DNA of 64,000 nucleotides from Octopus vulgaris. Lineage: Eukaryota. How positions within the stretch are numbered: position 1 is the first letter of the stretch; each line of letters starts with the position of its first letter. Below are positions 14,831-26,990 of this stretch, piece by piece. Where the stretch lies: the NCBI GenBank assembly GCA_951406725.2, contig OX597816.1:86366001-86430000 (forward strand), read 5' to 3'. Position numbers and translations under genes: made by a program. Below the pieces are notes generated by a model. The model was not told where the DNA came from. It saw only the letters and a program-made list of their open reading frames with translations, and ran no database searches.

Positions 14831-14905
14831 GCAAATATATATAAACATAATATATATGTATATATATATATATACATATATATGCATATACATATATATT
14901 ATATG

Positions 14906-14972
<67 letters not shown>

Positions 14973-15917
14973 GGAGAAAGATAGATAGATATAGATATAT
15001 ACGCCACCCATTACGCAGACAAATACACATCTACATATGTTCGTTTATATGATTTCTGTGTAGTTTCATTCCTTTTAGTGTTTGCGTGTTATGTGTGTGT
15101 ATGTGCACGTTTATGATGCATGTGTATGTGTGTATAAGAGTATGTCTGTAAATAGGTAGGTATATATGTGAACAGATTGAAATACAGATAGATAAATAGA
15201 TATATTTATGTTATAAATTTACGTTATGGCAAATATGTTGAAAGCCAATTTTGCTACAATTATGGAGCTAAGCTTTCCGCCTCTTATCCAAACTACATAG
15301 TATTAATGTATCACTGGAGGAAGAAACAGAAATGAAAGACAAGAGGCAAAAGAAAACATAGGGGGAATATATTGTGTTTCTCGAATATAATTCCTGAAAA
15401 TTTCCTGTCAAATTAGAAATTAATTTCAGAAGAAATGGGAGGCCAAGAACCGTTAAAATGGAAAAGGTAATTTCAAAACTCCATGTGTATGATGCCATTT
15501 GAAAGGAAATTTAACTGAAACTGGTTTGCATCAAATAACAATATCAATCGCCAATATTTCCACAATTACTTGTTCTATGGAGAAAGATATAAACAAAATA
15601 TTAAAGGCTCAATTTATGTGAAAATATAATAAATATATATGAGAAACGGTTAGAACCTGTATCTAATCAATGTTTTGATTGAAAACAGGATATAACTTCC
15701 AGCAAAACGTATCTACATCACTTTCAATTTATGTCTGTCTCTGTCTACATATCTGTCTGCCTATCTAACTCTCTCTATCTCTCTCATACACACACACATA
15801 CGTACACACACACACAAACACTCACTTTGCGCACAGCCACACACAAGTGTATATATATGTATGAACAAAAAATATATATATATATACATATATAGCATAC
15901 ATGCAAGTACAAGTATT

Positions 15918-15985
<68 letters not shown>

Positions 15986-16007
15986 TGTATGTATATATAT
16001 ATATATC

Positions 16008-16114
<107 letters not shown>

Positions 16115-16449
16115 GAGTGTGTGGTCATAGGAAAGCAACAAGTACAGAGCAGATGTTACGTATGTTATCTAATATTTCGGAGGCTCTTGAGCTGACGTTC
16201 TGTAGGTATATTACTGGAGCTTAGCACGTCGGGCTTAAGCGAGCTGTGCTTGTGTAACGAGCCTCTGAAACCTCGAAATGCATGGGCCGTGTCAGAGTGA
16301 TGATTGCCTATGTGTTTCGTACACATACGCGCACATACACACACATACACAAATATACATATATATATATATATATATTGGTAAAAATCGATTTGAATAT
16401 AATAAACAGAAAAAAGAGACCTCAATATTATTTAAATATTATTTTATAG

Positions 16450-16496
<47 letters not shown>

Positions 16497-16499
<3 letters not shown>

Positions 16500-16756
16500 T
16501 TAGATAAACTCAGAAATGTTTCGACCAAAGATTGGTCCAGGCCATGCCTAACTTAATAGCACCACCTGATAGGATTATCTGAGTCAAGTTTTGTTTATGG
16601 TTCATTCAAGTAGTGAGTTTTTGTTGGGTGAGTTGTATCCAATTATGGGTGGCTTATGTAGTATTCCTTGAAGGAATCTATCCAGACTCCGTTTAAATTT
16701 GATGGGATCCTTTTCCTCTTTGATCTCTTTCGGGACAATTTTAAATAGGGCAGGGG

Positions 16757-16757
<1 letters not shown>
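16497..16757 (-). mobile_element. CR1-group LINE 3' end fragment inside (TA)n
   Basis: The minus strand reads PALFKIVPKEIKEEKDPIKFKRSLDRFLQGILHKPPIIGYNSPNKNSLLE, matching the CR1-group ORF2 C-terminal pattern P.LFN.LP..FK..LD.FL..P. Confidence 0.65.
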
Positions 16758-16791
<34 letters not shown>

Positions 16792-17232
16792 TAAATGAAT
16801 AAATGGAGTTGAACGAAGATGTAAATAAAATTTCCATTTATTTATTTATTCATTCATAACACACAAATTACTGCACATGAACCCGGAGTTTCTACCTTTG
16901 GATAGGTCGCTTCAACCTTGTTTCTGACGTGAATTTGCTACCCTGGTAACGGTTCATTGAATTTTCCATGTTAACGGTAAACATAGGATAATTCATTCAC
17001 CCATTGAAATATATATATATATATACCTCTCGATTTCAAATGAACCTTCATTAATAGTTAATAGTATATATTATAGTATATTATAATACCGTCCGATATG
17101 AATGTATTATTTTAAATATCGATCGGAAGAATTACTACGAATAGATGTCCTACATGTCTTTCTACACATATACTTTTGTAAATTCTATTTGAAAATGGAA
17201 CACCTGTAATAGGACAGAATACCACACACACA

Positions 17233-17296
<64 letters not shown>

Positions 17297-17509
17297 GATA
17301 AATATCAGAGTGAGTTATCAACAGTAGCAGAAACACATTGTGAAGTAAATATGCCATTTGCAATTTGAATATGGCTAACCCCTAAGGGTGGATGCTACTG
17401 TAGTTTTTAGCCCCAGGAAGACATCTCCTCCAGCTGGCCATAGACACACTTTCTGTGCCCTATCAGTATTTGCAAAGGAAGCCATCCTTCCCATCTTCAA
17501 CTTATGATA

Positions 17510-17554
17510 CATACGGACCCGAGTTTCAAGGTATTGACCTATCATCAGGCGTGT
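17510..17554 (-). ncRNA. Minimal hammerhead ribozyme motif in a probable PLE pLTR remnant
   Basis: Minus strand: cacacg c CTGATGA t aggt caat acct t GAAA ctcggg TC cgtatg. All core nucleotides are present, with a 4-bp helix II and a near-palindromic helix III. Confidence 0.75.
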
Positions 17555-18348
17555 GACAATCACAGTTGTCGATAGGAAAATCACAGTTGTACGTACACTT
17601 TGGTCTGTTTTATGTAAGTAAATAAATAAATATATATATATATATATAAATTTTGTACGACTCTATTATTCTTTCTGTTCTTTCACACTTCGTTCATTTT
17701 ACTCTGCGTTCTTTCGTTACCCCTCTCTCACATTTTCTGGACTTCTCTTCATGCTCACTTCCCTTCCCCTTTCACTTCACTTTCCCCCTTTCAATGTTAT
17801 CTCGTCCCTCCTTAATTCTTCTATACTCTGCCTCTACCTCTTTCTCTTGTTTCCCCGCGTGACCGGTGTTCGGCTATGCCTGATCTTTCTTTCTTGGTTC
17901 GACTACCATCCGTGCAACAGTTATATTCCTCCCTGTGCCTGTCAAACCTTGTCCCAGCCGTAAGGCTTTGCTTTCATCCACACCAGCTTAATTTAGTTCC
18001 TCCTTGGTCGAAAGACACCTGTTGTTAATATCCTGTTATTTGTATTTTTGTGCCATTTCTCGGGTTTTTGTTTTTCTGTCCTTATTTTCGCATACATTCG
18101 CTGCTTTCATCCAAGGAATCTAGTGCTCTTAGTGTAATCTTTCCTTGGGGTAGCCAAATTGGAGCAATCTCGACTATACGCAGCTGAAATTGTAAAGATA
18201 ATCTAGAACTCGACTAAGGGAAGAAAAGTGCAAATGACCTGTCCTTATTGTCTTTGTATCGTCTTTGTGGATGTTTTACTTTCTTATCCCATTTTTGTAT
18301 TTTTTATATATACAAATATAGCGGCGTACGTACACTCTGGTCTTTCTC

Positions 18349-18568
<220 letters not shown>

Positions 18569-18588
18569 AAAGCACATTGGTAAAATGG

Positions 18589-19040
18589 AATTTTTAATCT
18601 TTCCATTTTACCAATGTGCTTTCGGATCATCAACACAAATTAGACTAAACAAGGAAACATTCTTCATTGAAAAGTACAAGCCCAGACTCAACCATCCGAA
18701 CATACTGATACAGAGAAATTCACATTAAGGGAAAGGAAAAAAAATTTTTAAGCGATTATCTCCCTTACACCGGAAGAAATCACCCACTACCTTCCCTAAT
18801 TTAGAACTCTCCGGAGCTTAAACACAAGGATAACTCTATTAAACATAAACATAACGTCACAAGAAATTTGAAAAGCTAAATGCGAAACCGGTCTTTCTTT
18901 AAAAATTATGTCATTATAAAGGAAAAAAAATTTGTTTAAAAAATTTTCTAATATTCTTCAGACATATTGACGCAAATATATATATTTTTTAACATTTAAG
19001 CCTTCTGTCGTTTTTTCACTCTTTACTATTTTTTATATAT
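18589..19040 (+). repeat. 5' pseudo-LTR (contains the last ~45 codons of the ORF plus the 3' UTR)
   Basis: Near-identical to 22577-23031; differs mainly in homopolymer lengths. Confidence 0.95.
18861..18899 (+). ncRNA. Minimal type I hammerhead ribozyme, U3-A8 core variant (5' pLTR copy)
   Basis: aagaaa t TTGAAAA gc taaat gc GAAA ccgg TC tttctt. Helix I is aagaaa/tttctt, helix III is palindromic ACCGGT, and the predicted cut is after GUC at 18893. Confidence 0.75.
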
Positions 19041-19101
19041 TCATCCACGTGCTTTCACAAACCAACTTTCTTATCTATATATTAAACACGTGATACCGAA
19101 A

Positions 19102-20393
19102 ATGCCACAGAAGACCAACACCTCGGATAAAACCTTAAATGAGGACATACTCAAAGAACTGAAAAATATTAATACACAGCTTCTAAACCTGAACAACAAA
19201 ATCGAGGAATCAAACTTACTCGCCCGGGAAAATAAAAGCAATGAAGATACAATTCGCTACACTGACCAGGTTAGTAAGGATTTGCAACTGTTATACACAA
19301 CACTAAATTCAATGTTCATCAACAAATCCGAAAATAATACACACGCACCAAATGAAACACAGCAGGACATCATACGCACCCAAATAACCCAGCAAAAAGA
19401 AAAATAGGAAACATTTGGAATACTAACCTGCACAACAGAAAACTCGCCTTCTGGAACATGATAAAAAATTCCAACAAAGCAGATATTTACGAGGGATGGA
19501 TAAACTCAACCCCAATTATCCTCCCACGCAAATTCCAGATAAAATTAATTCCTAACGAGCCTGACGGACAGAGATCTATTAGGGAAAAGTCAGCTCTGTT
19601 CAATTTTAGATCAGAAATAGAGCTTCTAAGACTCAGGGCCTCCACAAATGAGGAAAAATTTAAAAGCATAGACGAGGAGATGCACAATATAATACTGAAA
19701 CATACCGAGGGACAACCCCTCGAAAATACATTAGATCACCGGAAGGATACCTGTGAAAAAGAAGAGAGAAATTCTCTCCTACGCTGGGAGAAAAACATGG
19801 ACTTCTTCCAAAAATATAGTGAAACTTTCAAAAATGAATTGGGTACAAATAATCCCTTCCTTAAGAAAATTACAATAAATAAAAAAGAAAAACCAAACAA
19901 CCCACGAACAACCCCCAACTATCCTCCATACACTAAAAACAGAAATCACCCACAACCAACCTTTGCAAACCACGCAAGACCTAACAGGGAACTAGCTGAC
20001 AGAGGACGCGTCTATGAAATAAATTACACCAAAAACAGAACACACCAACAACATCCTAATACCAGACCCAACCACCATACAGCACAAAACGACACTAGAA
20101 TAAGAAATACACCACACACAAATCGCTACTACCCCATGAACCAAAATTACTGGTCCCCACTAAACACAAGACAAACGCAAAAAAACACTATGTCAAGCAA
20201 CATCCCACATACAAGCAGTTCGAAACAAAAATATTTCCCATACAGAAATTTTACACACACCACAAACAATAACAACCATAGATTCCCACACACACACAAC
20301 GATCGGGGGCAACAATACCACCACTCCCCCGACCAAATACCACACAACCTCACAGACACTCATACAAACAAAATTACACCCAACATTTTTTAG
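19102..20393 (+). CDS. PLE upstream ORF1, broken by a frameshift at ~19395; coiled-coil-like N-terminus and N/H/T/P-rich C-terminus
   Basis: ATG at 19102 (..LNEDILKELKNINTQLLNLNNKIEE..). It continues across an A-run into RKIGNIWNTNLHNRKLAFWNM, which is in frame with the 311-aa ORF at 19458-20393. Lies between the pLTR and the RT frame. Confidence 0.7.
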
Positions 20394-22716
20394 CCAGGGA
20401 CCAGGGACACCAGGACACAGGCTGGAACCTAGTAATAAGGAAAAACCGAAGATAATCAATCTTTCAACCAAACCTCTTTCTAACATAAAAATTGACATCC
20501 TCTCAAAAGGGCTCAAGTTTACACCAACTCCACGCAGAGCCAACCTAAATGAAATCAAGGATAATATAACAGAATTTTGCAGAAAATTAAGACTAGCAGA
20601 AGCATCAACCAGTTTCAATACTGAAGATGAATCACTAGTCAAGAACAAAAGTGAACACATCCCACACAGAGGAAGAAATAAAGATCTTGACGAATTCTGT
20701 AACCACATTGAGAACTTCCCCTACCATACTATACATAAACAGAAAGCTAACTCAAATTTTAACACTACACAATGGAAAGAACTGATAGAACTTCAAAATG
20801 ATGAGGATATAACCATTAAGGAAGCAGACAAGGGAAATGCAGTTGTAATAATGGATACATCATACTACAGAAATCTTGTAATTTCCTTGCTTGATGACGA
20901 CCTACATTATGAAAAAATTACCAACTACACCCCACAAAAAATAATGAAAACTCTATCTTCACTAATTAAAACCCATGAAAAGGAACTAACAACCAAAGAG
21001 ATTGACTTCCTAACAAACTTTAAATGCAAACCTAGCCTTTTCTATGGTCTGCCAAAAATTCATAAAAGTCAAATTATAAATGAAACCATTAAAAAATCAC
21101 CAAAGACATACATACACACACCTAACCCGGGGGACCTAAAACTACGACCCATTGTAGCTGGCCCAACCTGTGAAACACACAGACTAAGTCTACTTATGGA
21201 CATCCTCCTGAAACCCTTCCTTAAACATATCGATAGCCATATCAGAGATGACTTAGATATGTTAAACCACCTTCCAAAAAAAGCCAAGGAAGAAACAATC
21301 CTGGTTTCATTTGATGTAGTCAACTTGTATACCAGTATACCTCATAATTATGGACTGGAGGCAATACAGTTCTGGTTAGACCAATTTCCGGAAGAAATAC
21401 CAAAAAGGATCAGTAAAGAATTCATTACTAAATCAATTGAATTCATCCTACACAATAACCACTTCATGTTTGACAATACATTTTACCGTCAAAAATCCGG
21501 AATTGCTATGGGTACAAGGGCAGCACCAGTCATTGCGAACTTAACAATGGGATACATGGAAATAATCATTTACCAGGAATCTTTATCAATCTTTCCCCTC
21601 TCTCAATACATAAAAGAGAACTGGAAACGATTCTTAGACGATTGTTTTATTCTCTGGAATGAAAACACAGATAAACTCCTAAAATTTAAAAACCTATTGA
21701 ACAGCATAAACCCAAATATACAGTTCACAATGGAATACAACCAAAAGGAGCTCCCGTTCTTGGATATACTAATTAAAAAAATTAACCTTAAAATAGAAAC
21801 AGACATTTTCTACAAAGCCACAGACGCCAAACAATACCTTCTCTTTAATTCATGCCACCCAAGACACACTAAAACAAACATCCCCTTCAACCTTGCAAGA
21901 AGGATATGCACAATAGTGTCAGAACAAAATACCAGGAACTTTAGACTGCAAGAACTCAAAAACACCCTAATTGACAGACATTACCCAGCTCAACTCATAG
22001 AGGATGGGATCAGACGTGCAACAGAAATCAACATAGAAACTTTAAGAAAAGTTCAACACAACAACACACCTTCCCCGAAAATACTACCTTACATATCTAC
22101 ATACAACCCCAGAAACAAAGAAGCCTTCACCATCATCACCCAGAATTTACCAATACTTCATAAAAACCCCAAATTAAAGGAAATTCTAAACATACACCAA
22201 ATCATTAAAAGCTACAAACAGCCTAAATCACTTAAAAAGATTCTCACAAAGGCAAAATTGTCTTCTGAAATTACGGATGCAAAAGTAAAAAAATGTGGTA
22301 GATCGAACTGTGCAACATGTCCTAACCTACTAGAAGGATCAGAATTCCTCTTTAAAGAGGGACAGAAATTCAAGATCAAATCTAACTTTACTTGTGCCTC
22401 TGAAAACATAATTTATGTCATAAAATGCTCGGGCTGCCACCAAGACTACGTGGGTTCCACGGGACTATCACTCAGACGTAGATGCACACTGCATCGACAA
22501 CAGATTGCATTCCCAGAATATAGAATGATACCTTTTAGTGAGCACATTGAGAAATGTGCAAAGCAACTACTACCACAATTTTTAATCTTTCCATTTTACC
22601 AATGTGCTTTCGGATCATCAACACAAATTAGACTAAACAAGGAAACATTCTTCATTGAAAAGTACAAGCCCAGACTCAACCATCCGAACATACTGATACA
22701 GAGAAATTCACATTAA
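20392..22716 (+). CDS. PLE reverse transcriptase + GIY-YIG endonuclease (frame open from 20164; first ATG only at 20851)
   Basis: IINLS..LSKGLKFTPTP, FCRKLRL and ITIKEADKGNAVVIMD lie upstream of the ATG. Then FYGLPKIHK, RPIV, SFDVVNLYTSIP, GIAMGT, RFLDD, LPFLDI, SCHP; linker CGRSNCATC; NIIYVIKCSGCHQDYVGST..R...H (GIY-YIG with CCHH). No internal stops. Confidence 0.95.
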   Translation, partial: SQGPGTPGHRLEPSNKEKPKIINLSTKPLSNIKIDILSKGLKFTPTPRRANLNEIKDNITEFCRKLRLAEASTSFNTEDESLVKNKSEHIPHRGRNKDLDEFCNHIENFPYHTIHKQKANSNFNTTQWKELIELQNDEDITIKEADKGNAVVIMDTSYYRNLVISLLDDDLHYEKITNYTPQKIMKTLSSLIKTHEKELTTKEIDFLTNFKCKPSLFYGLPKIHKSQIINETIKKSPKTYIHTPNPGDLKLRPIVAGPTCETHRLSLLMDILLKPFLKHIDSHIRDDLDMLNHLPKKAKEETILVSFDVVNLYTSIPHNYGLEAIQFWLDQFPEEIPKRISKEFITKSIEFILHNNHFMFDNTFYRQKSGIAMGTRAAPVIANLTMGYMEIIIYQESLSIFPLSQYIKENWKRFLDDCFILWNENTDKLLKFKNLLNSINPNIQFTMEYNQKELPFLDILIKKINLKIETDIFYKATDAKQYLLFNSCHPRHTKTNIPFNLARRICTIVSEQNTRNFRLQELKNTLIDRHYPAQLIEDGIRRATEINIETLRKVQHNNTPSPKILPYISTYNPRNKEAFTIITQNLPILHKNPKLKEILNIHQIIKSYKQPKSLKKILTKAKLSSEITDAKVKKCGRSNCATCPNLLEGSEFLFKEGQKFKIKSNFTCASENIIYVIKCSGCHQDYVGSTGLSLRRRCTLHRQQIAFPEYRMIPFSEHIEKCAKQLLPQFLIFPFYQCAFGSSTQIRLNKETFFIEKYKPRLNHPNILIQRNSH

Positions 22717-23024
22717 GGGAAAGGAAAAAAATTTTAAGCGATTATCTCCCTTACACCGGAAGAAATCACCCACTACCTTCCCTTATTTAGAACTCTCCGG
22801 AGCTTAAACACAAGGATAACTCTATTAAACATAAACATAACGTCACAAGAAATTTGAAAAGCTAAATGCGAAACCGGTCTTTCTTTAAAAATTATGTCAT
22901 TATAAAGGGAAAAAAAAAAAAAAATTTTTTTTAATTTTCTAATATTCTTCAGACATATTGACGCAAATATATATATTTTTTAACATTTAAGCCTTCTGTC
23001 GTTTTTTCACTCTTTACTATTTTT

Positions 23025-23031
<7 letters not shown>
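22577..23031 (+). repeat. 3' pseudo-LTR running into (TA)n
   Basis: Direct repeat of 18589-19040; ends at tttttatata and merges with the microsatellite. Confidence 0.95.
22847..22885 (+). ncRNA. Minimal type I hammerhead ribozyme, U3-A8 core variant (3' pLTR copy)
   Basis: Identical to 18861-18899; predicted cut after 22879. Confidence 0.75.
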
Positions 23032-23083
<52 letters not shown>

Positions 23084-24257
23084 GTATGTATACGTAATAC
23101 ATAGATACACACATATATGCACACACACACACTAAATGTGAAATATAAATTTCATATATCCTAAGCATGACGAATTTTCTATATCATGTACAGATATATA
23201 TTCGTGTGTTTATATAATCATGTGTTTGGTAAGATTCACTGTTAATCACACACGTAGAATTACAAATAACAGATATAATAATGTACTTTTATATAACTCA
23301 GCCCGAACACTTAATCCAACTAGCTTCCAACAACCTCTCTTTATACCATAGTGTTTCATTCCAACCTTTATTATGTGACATTTATTATAGATTTACTTAC
23401 ATTCTGTTTAACTTCATTTAAATTTATTATCATCTCCAATCCAACTGCAGTGATATATTAACATACTGTAGTATGCTGCACTTCTTATTCCATAAATGTA
23501 CATTGCTTTATGCATTAGGTGATTCAAATTTACAAAGTATTTACATCGTTATATTTGAATAGCATGCAACAAATACATATTTGCATCTCTTTTCAAACTT
23601 ACTACTAAGATTTACTTTGTATCATGCTAACAATATATTACTCATGACCATATCAAAATTTCTTAGTATTCTTAAAGCGTTTAGAAATAGTTCCAGTTTT
23701 TCAAAATAGAGTGAATTATGTTATATGTTCCATATAGAAAAATACTCAATAGACATTCATTATATGATCCACATATTCTAAAATGTCAGATTAGTTATTC
23801 ATACATAGAGACGAGCACATCTACGAGTTCCAGCATGAGACTTCTATTATTTTTTTTTTATTTTCTATAGATTAATTCATCTCCCAAGAAATCCGCTTAA
23901 TGTAACTGAGTTCATTGTTAGTGTTTACGTTTATCTCTATGTACGTGCATATATACGTGTACACTTATCTGTCTACAAATCTGTGTGTGTGTATGTGTGT
24001 GTGTGTGTGAGAAAATACTTGCTCTAATTGCTTAGTCCTTTGTATTCCTGATCTAGCGACCGTGGTTTCAATTCCCTTACTGAGCAATGCGTTGGGAACT
24101 TAAGTAATGCACTTATCCTTTTCTAGATCTAGTCTCCTCGGCTATAAAAGTATAATACTATGACAAACTAACTTTACGTTCAGGGAAAATATTGGCCTGT
24201 TTACGAAGCCAAGAATGTGGAATCATTCAGATTAATTTAAGATGTATATATATCTTT

Positions 24258-24629
24258 TGCACTCCGTCGGTTACGACGATGAGGGTTCCGGTTGATCCGA
24301 ATCAACGGAACAGCCTGCTCGTGAAATTAACCTGTAAGTGGCTAAGCACTCCACAGACACGTGTACCCTTAACGTAGTTCTCGGGGATATTCAGCGTGAC
24401 ATAGAGAGTGACAAGGCCGGCCCTTTGAAATAGAGGTACATCAGAAACAGGAAGTAAGAGTGAGAGAAAGTTGTTGTGAAAGAGTACAGCAGGGATCACC
24501 ACCATCCCCTGCCGGAGCCTCGTGGAGCTTTAGGTGTTTTCGCTCAATAAACACTCACAACGTTTATTGAGCGGACTGGGAACCGAGACCGCGAACCGTT
24601 GCCCTAACCACTGGGCCATTGCGCCTCAC
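24258..24629 (-). mobile_element. SINE family C (tRNA-derived head)
   Basis: Reverse complement of the copy at 26621-26990; head gaggcgcaatggcccagtggttagggca. Confidence 0.9.
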
Positions 24630-24635
24630 TGTATG

Positions 24636-24706
<71 letters not shown>

Positions 24707-25022
24707 GTATATATATGCGTGTACACACACACACACATATATATATATGTATGAATTTAAATCAGAATATACAGATTCAAGTAATCTGGTAGCATTAAAT
24801 AAAAATATCTCCTTAATGTATTATTCTAAACGTATAGTATACTTAGTACGATACAAGAAAAAATGTCGAGGAGTGTCTAGATGATCGTGTAAAGTTACGA
24901 AACAATTTGCTTTTGATATTTGAATTTTTTTTATAGTTTCTAGAAATAAATTTTCATCATATTTTCCTTTCATTTATAACTTTACATATGTGTGTGTGTG
25001 TTAATATATATATATATATATT

Positions 25023-25072
<50 letters not shown>

Positions 25073-25163
25073 TATATACATATATATATATATACATACA
25101 TATATATACATATATACATACACATATATATATATGCATACATATATATACATATATACATAC

Positions 25164-25213
<50 letters not shown>

Positions 25214-25359
25214 ACATGCATATATATACATGCATATATACATGCATATATATACATACATATATATACTTATATATACAATATGAAACCAGCTGTTCAT
25301 GCAGGGATAAAAATTTATGCAGGGATAAAAATTTATGCCTGCTAAATGGAGCTTCCATG

Positions 25360-25472
25360 TTGAAGACCATCATTTATGAAGCCACCGTGGACCCTATATC
25401 CACTAACGACACGGTTTCGACTCGGAATCTTGGGGTTAATAGCCCCCACAATTAACCACTACGCCATATGCC
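25360..25472 (-). mobile_element. tRNA-derived SINE head fragment
   Basis: Minus strand ggcatatggcgtagtggttaa..gattccgagtcgaaacc contains A- and B-box-like motifs. Confidence 0.5.
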
Positions 25473-25623
25473 ATATAACTACAATAATCTTGACAGATTG
25501 ATTATCTAAATTCCACTATTATTTCTCTTCCGATAATTTTCTTACCTCTGTTTGTACTTTATCGAGTAAAAAGAATAAATACACTTAATAATAATAATAA
25601 TTGATAGCTTTGTATACATATAC

Positions 25624-25683
<60 letters not shown>

Positions 25684-25994
25684 GTATAGATGTGTATTCA
25701 TGTATATTTATGCATATATATGTATATGTAAAAGTGTGCATGTGTATGTATTTATATTTATAACTTAACCTTATGAACTTTCTAAACTCTCTGACGCAGC
25801 CCAGATGCACACCCAAGTACCTTAATCTTATCTATCAAATAATTCAGTTCACTATAGGGTGGAAGTAAAGTGGGGCACGTTTTACATGTATGTATATTGT
25901 TATAATTGTTTTTTTTTAATAAATAAATAGACATAATATAATGTCTAAAAGTTGATTGATACCACCTCTTGATCCCCTCTATTTTCTTATTGCC

Positions 25995-26030
<36 letters not shown>

Positions 26031-26094
26031 ATATATATATACAAAAATATATATACACACACATGTGTGTGTGTGTGTATATATATATATGTCT

Positions 26095-26400
26095 GGCATT
26101 TTCGACATTGAGGGTTACAGTTTATCCGATCAACAGAATCAACTGCTAGCGAAATTAACGTGCAAGTGCTTGAGCATTCCACAATTATGCGTATACTTAA
26201 CACGGATTCTCAGGGCAATTCAGCGTGACACAGAATGTGACACGGCTGACCCTTTGAAATACACGTACAACGCTCTCTTGCCAGCTGAGTGGACTGAAGT
26301 ATACCGTGAAGTAAAGTGTCTTGCTAAAGAACAAAACGCATCGCCGGGAATCGAACTCACGAAATTATGATCTAAGTGGAATACTCTACTCTCTAAGCTA
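26095..26400 (-). mobile_element. Older diverged SINE family C-related copy
   Basis: gaaattaacgtgcaagtg..gagcattccaca..attcagcgtgacacagaatgtgac matches the family C body. Confidence 0.7.
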
Positions 26401-26620
26401 CATATATTTATGTACTTGTATGCACTTACACGCATCCGCTACTCTGCCCATTTGAACTTACTTATTGTAATTCTATATCACAATTGTTCTGATTACAAAG
26501 CACACTTTCTTAAAGTGTGGAATATTTGAGTATAAAAGTAGTAATCTCACTAATCTGTATTAATATAATACGTCTTTTTCATAATATTTGTGAGTGTATT
26601 AATACGTACTTGATGATATA

Positions 26621-26990
26621 GTGGAGGCGTAATGGCCCAGTGGTTAGGGCAGCGGACTCGCAGTCACAGGATCGCGGTTTCGATTCCCAGACCGGGCGTT
26701 GTGTGTGTGTATTGAGCGAAAACACCTAAAAGCTCCACGAGGCTCCGGCAGGGGATGGTGGTGATCTCTGCTGTACTCTTTCACCACAACAACTTTCTCA
26801 CTCTTACTTCCTGTTTCTGTTGTACCTGTATTTCAAGGGGCCGGCCTTGTCACTCTCTGTGTCACGCTGAATATCTCCGAGAACTACGTTAAGGGTGCAC
26901 GTGCCTGTGGAGTGCTCAGCCACTTACACGTTAATTTCACGAGCAGGTTGTGATCAACCGGAACCCTCGTCGTCGTAACCGACGCAGTGC
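26621..26990 (+). mobile_element. SINE family C, full length
   Basis: A-box tggcccagtggtt, B-box ggtttcgattccc, 3' end cgtaaccgacgcagtgc. Confidence 0.9.

Noticed and set aside
16880-16920. Hammerhead-like ttgaagc..acct..aggt-agaaactccggg on the minus strand
   Set aside because: The core is too degenerate and there is no valid helix I.
20851-22716. Selenocysteine recoding as in Naiad PLEs
   Set aside because: There is no in-frame TGA, all zinc-finger positions are Cys codons, and the endonuclease is C-terminal rather than N-terminal.
18589-23031. LTR retrotransposon interpretation of the direct repeats
   Set aside because: No TG..CA ends, PBS, protease or integrase. The repeat contains the ORF 3' end, as expected for a PLE pseudo-LTR.
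25788-25885. Hammerhead-like ctgacgc-agccca..tgggg motif
   Set aside because: No GAAA box and A9 is missing; cannot be supported.
26621-26700. tRNA gene
   Set aside because: The tRNA-like head continues into a multicopy SINE body and has no intact cloverleaf; the same holds for families A and B.
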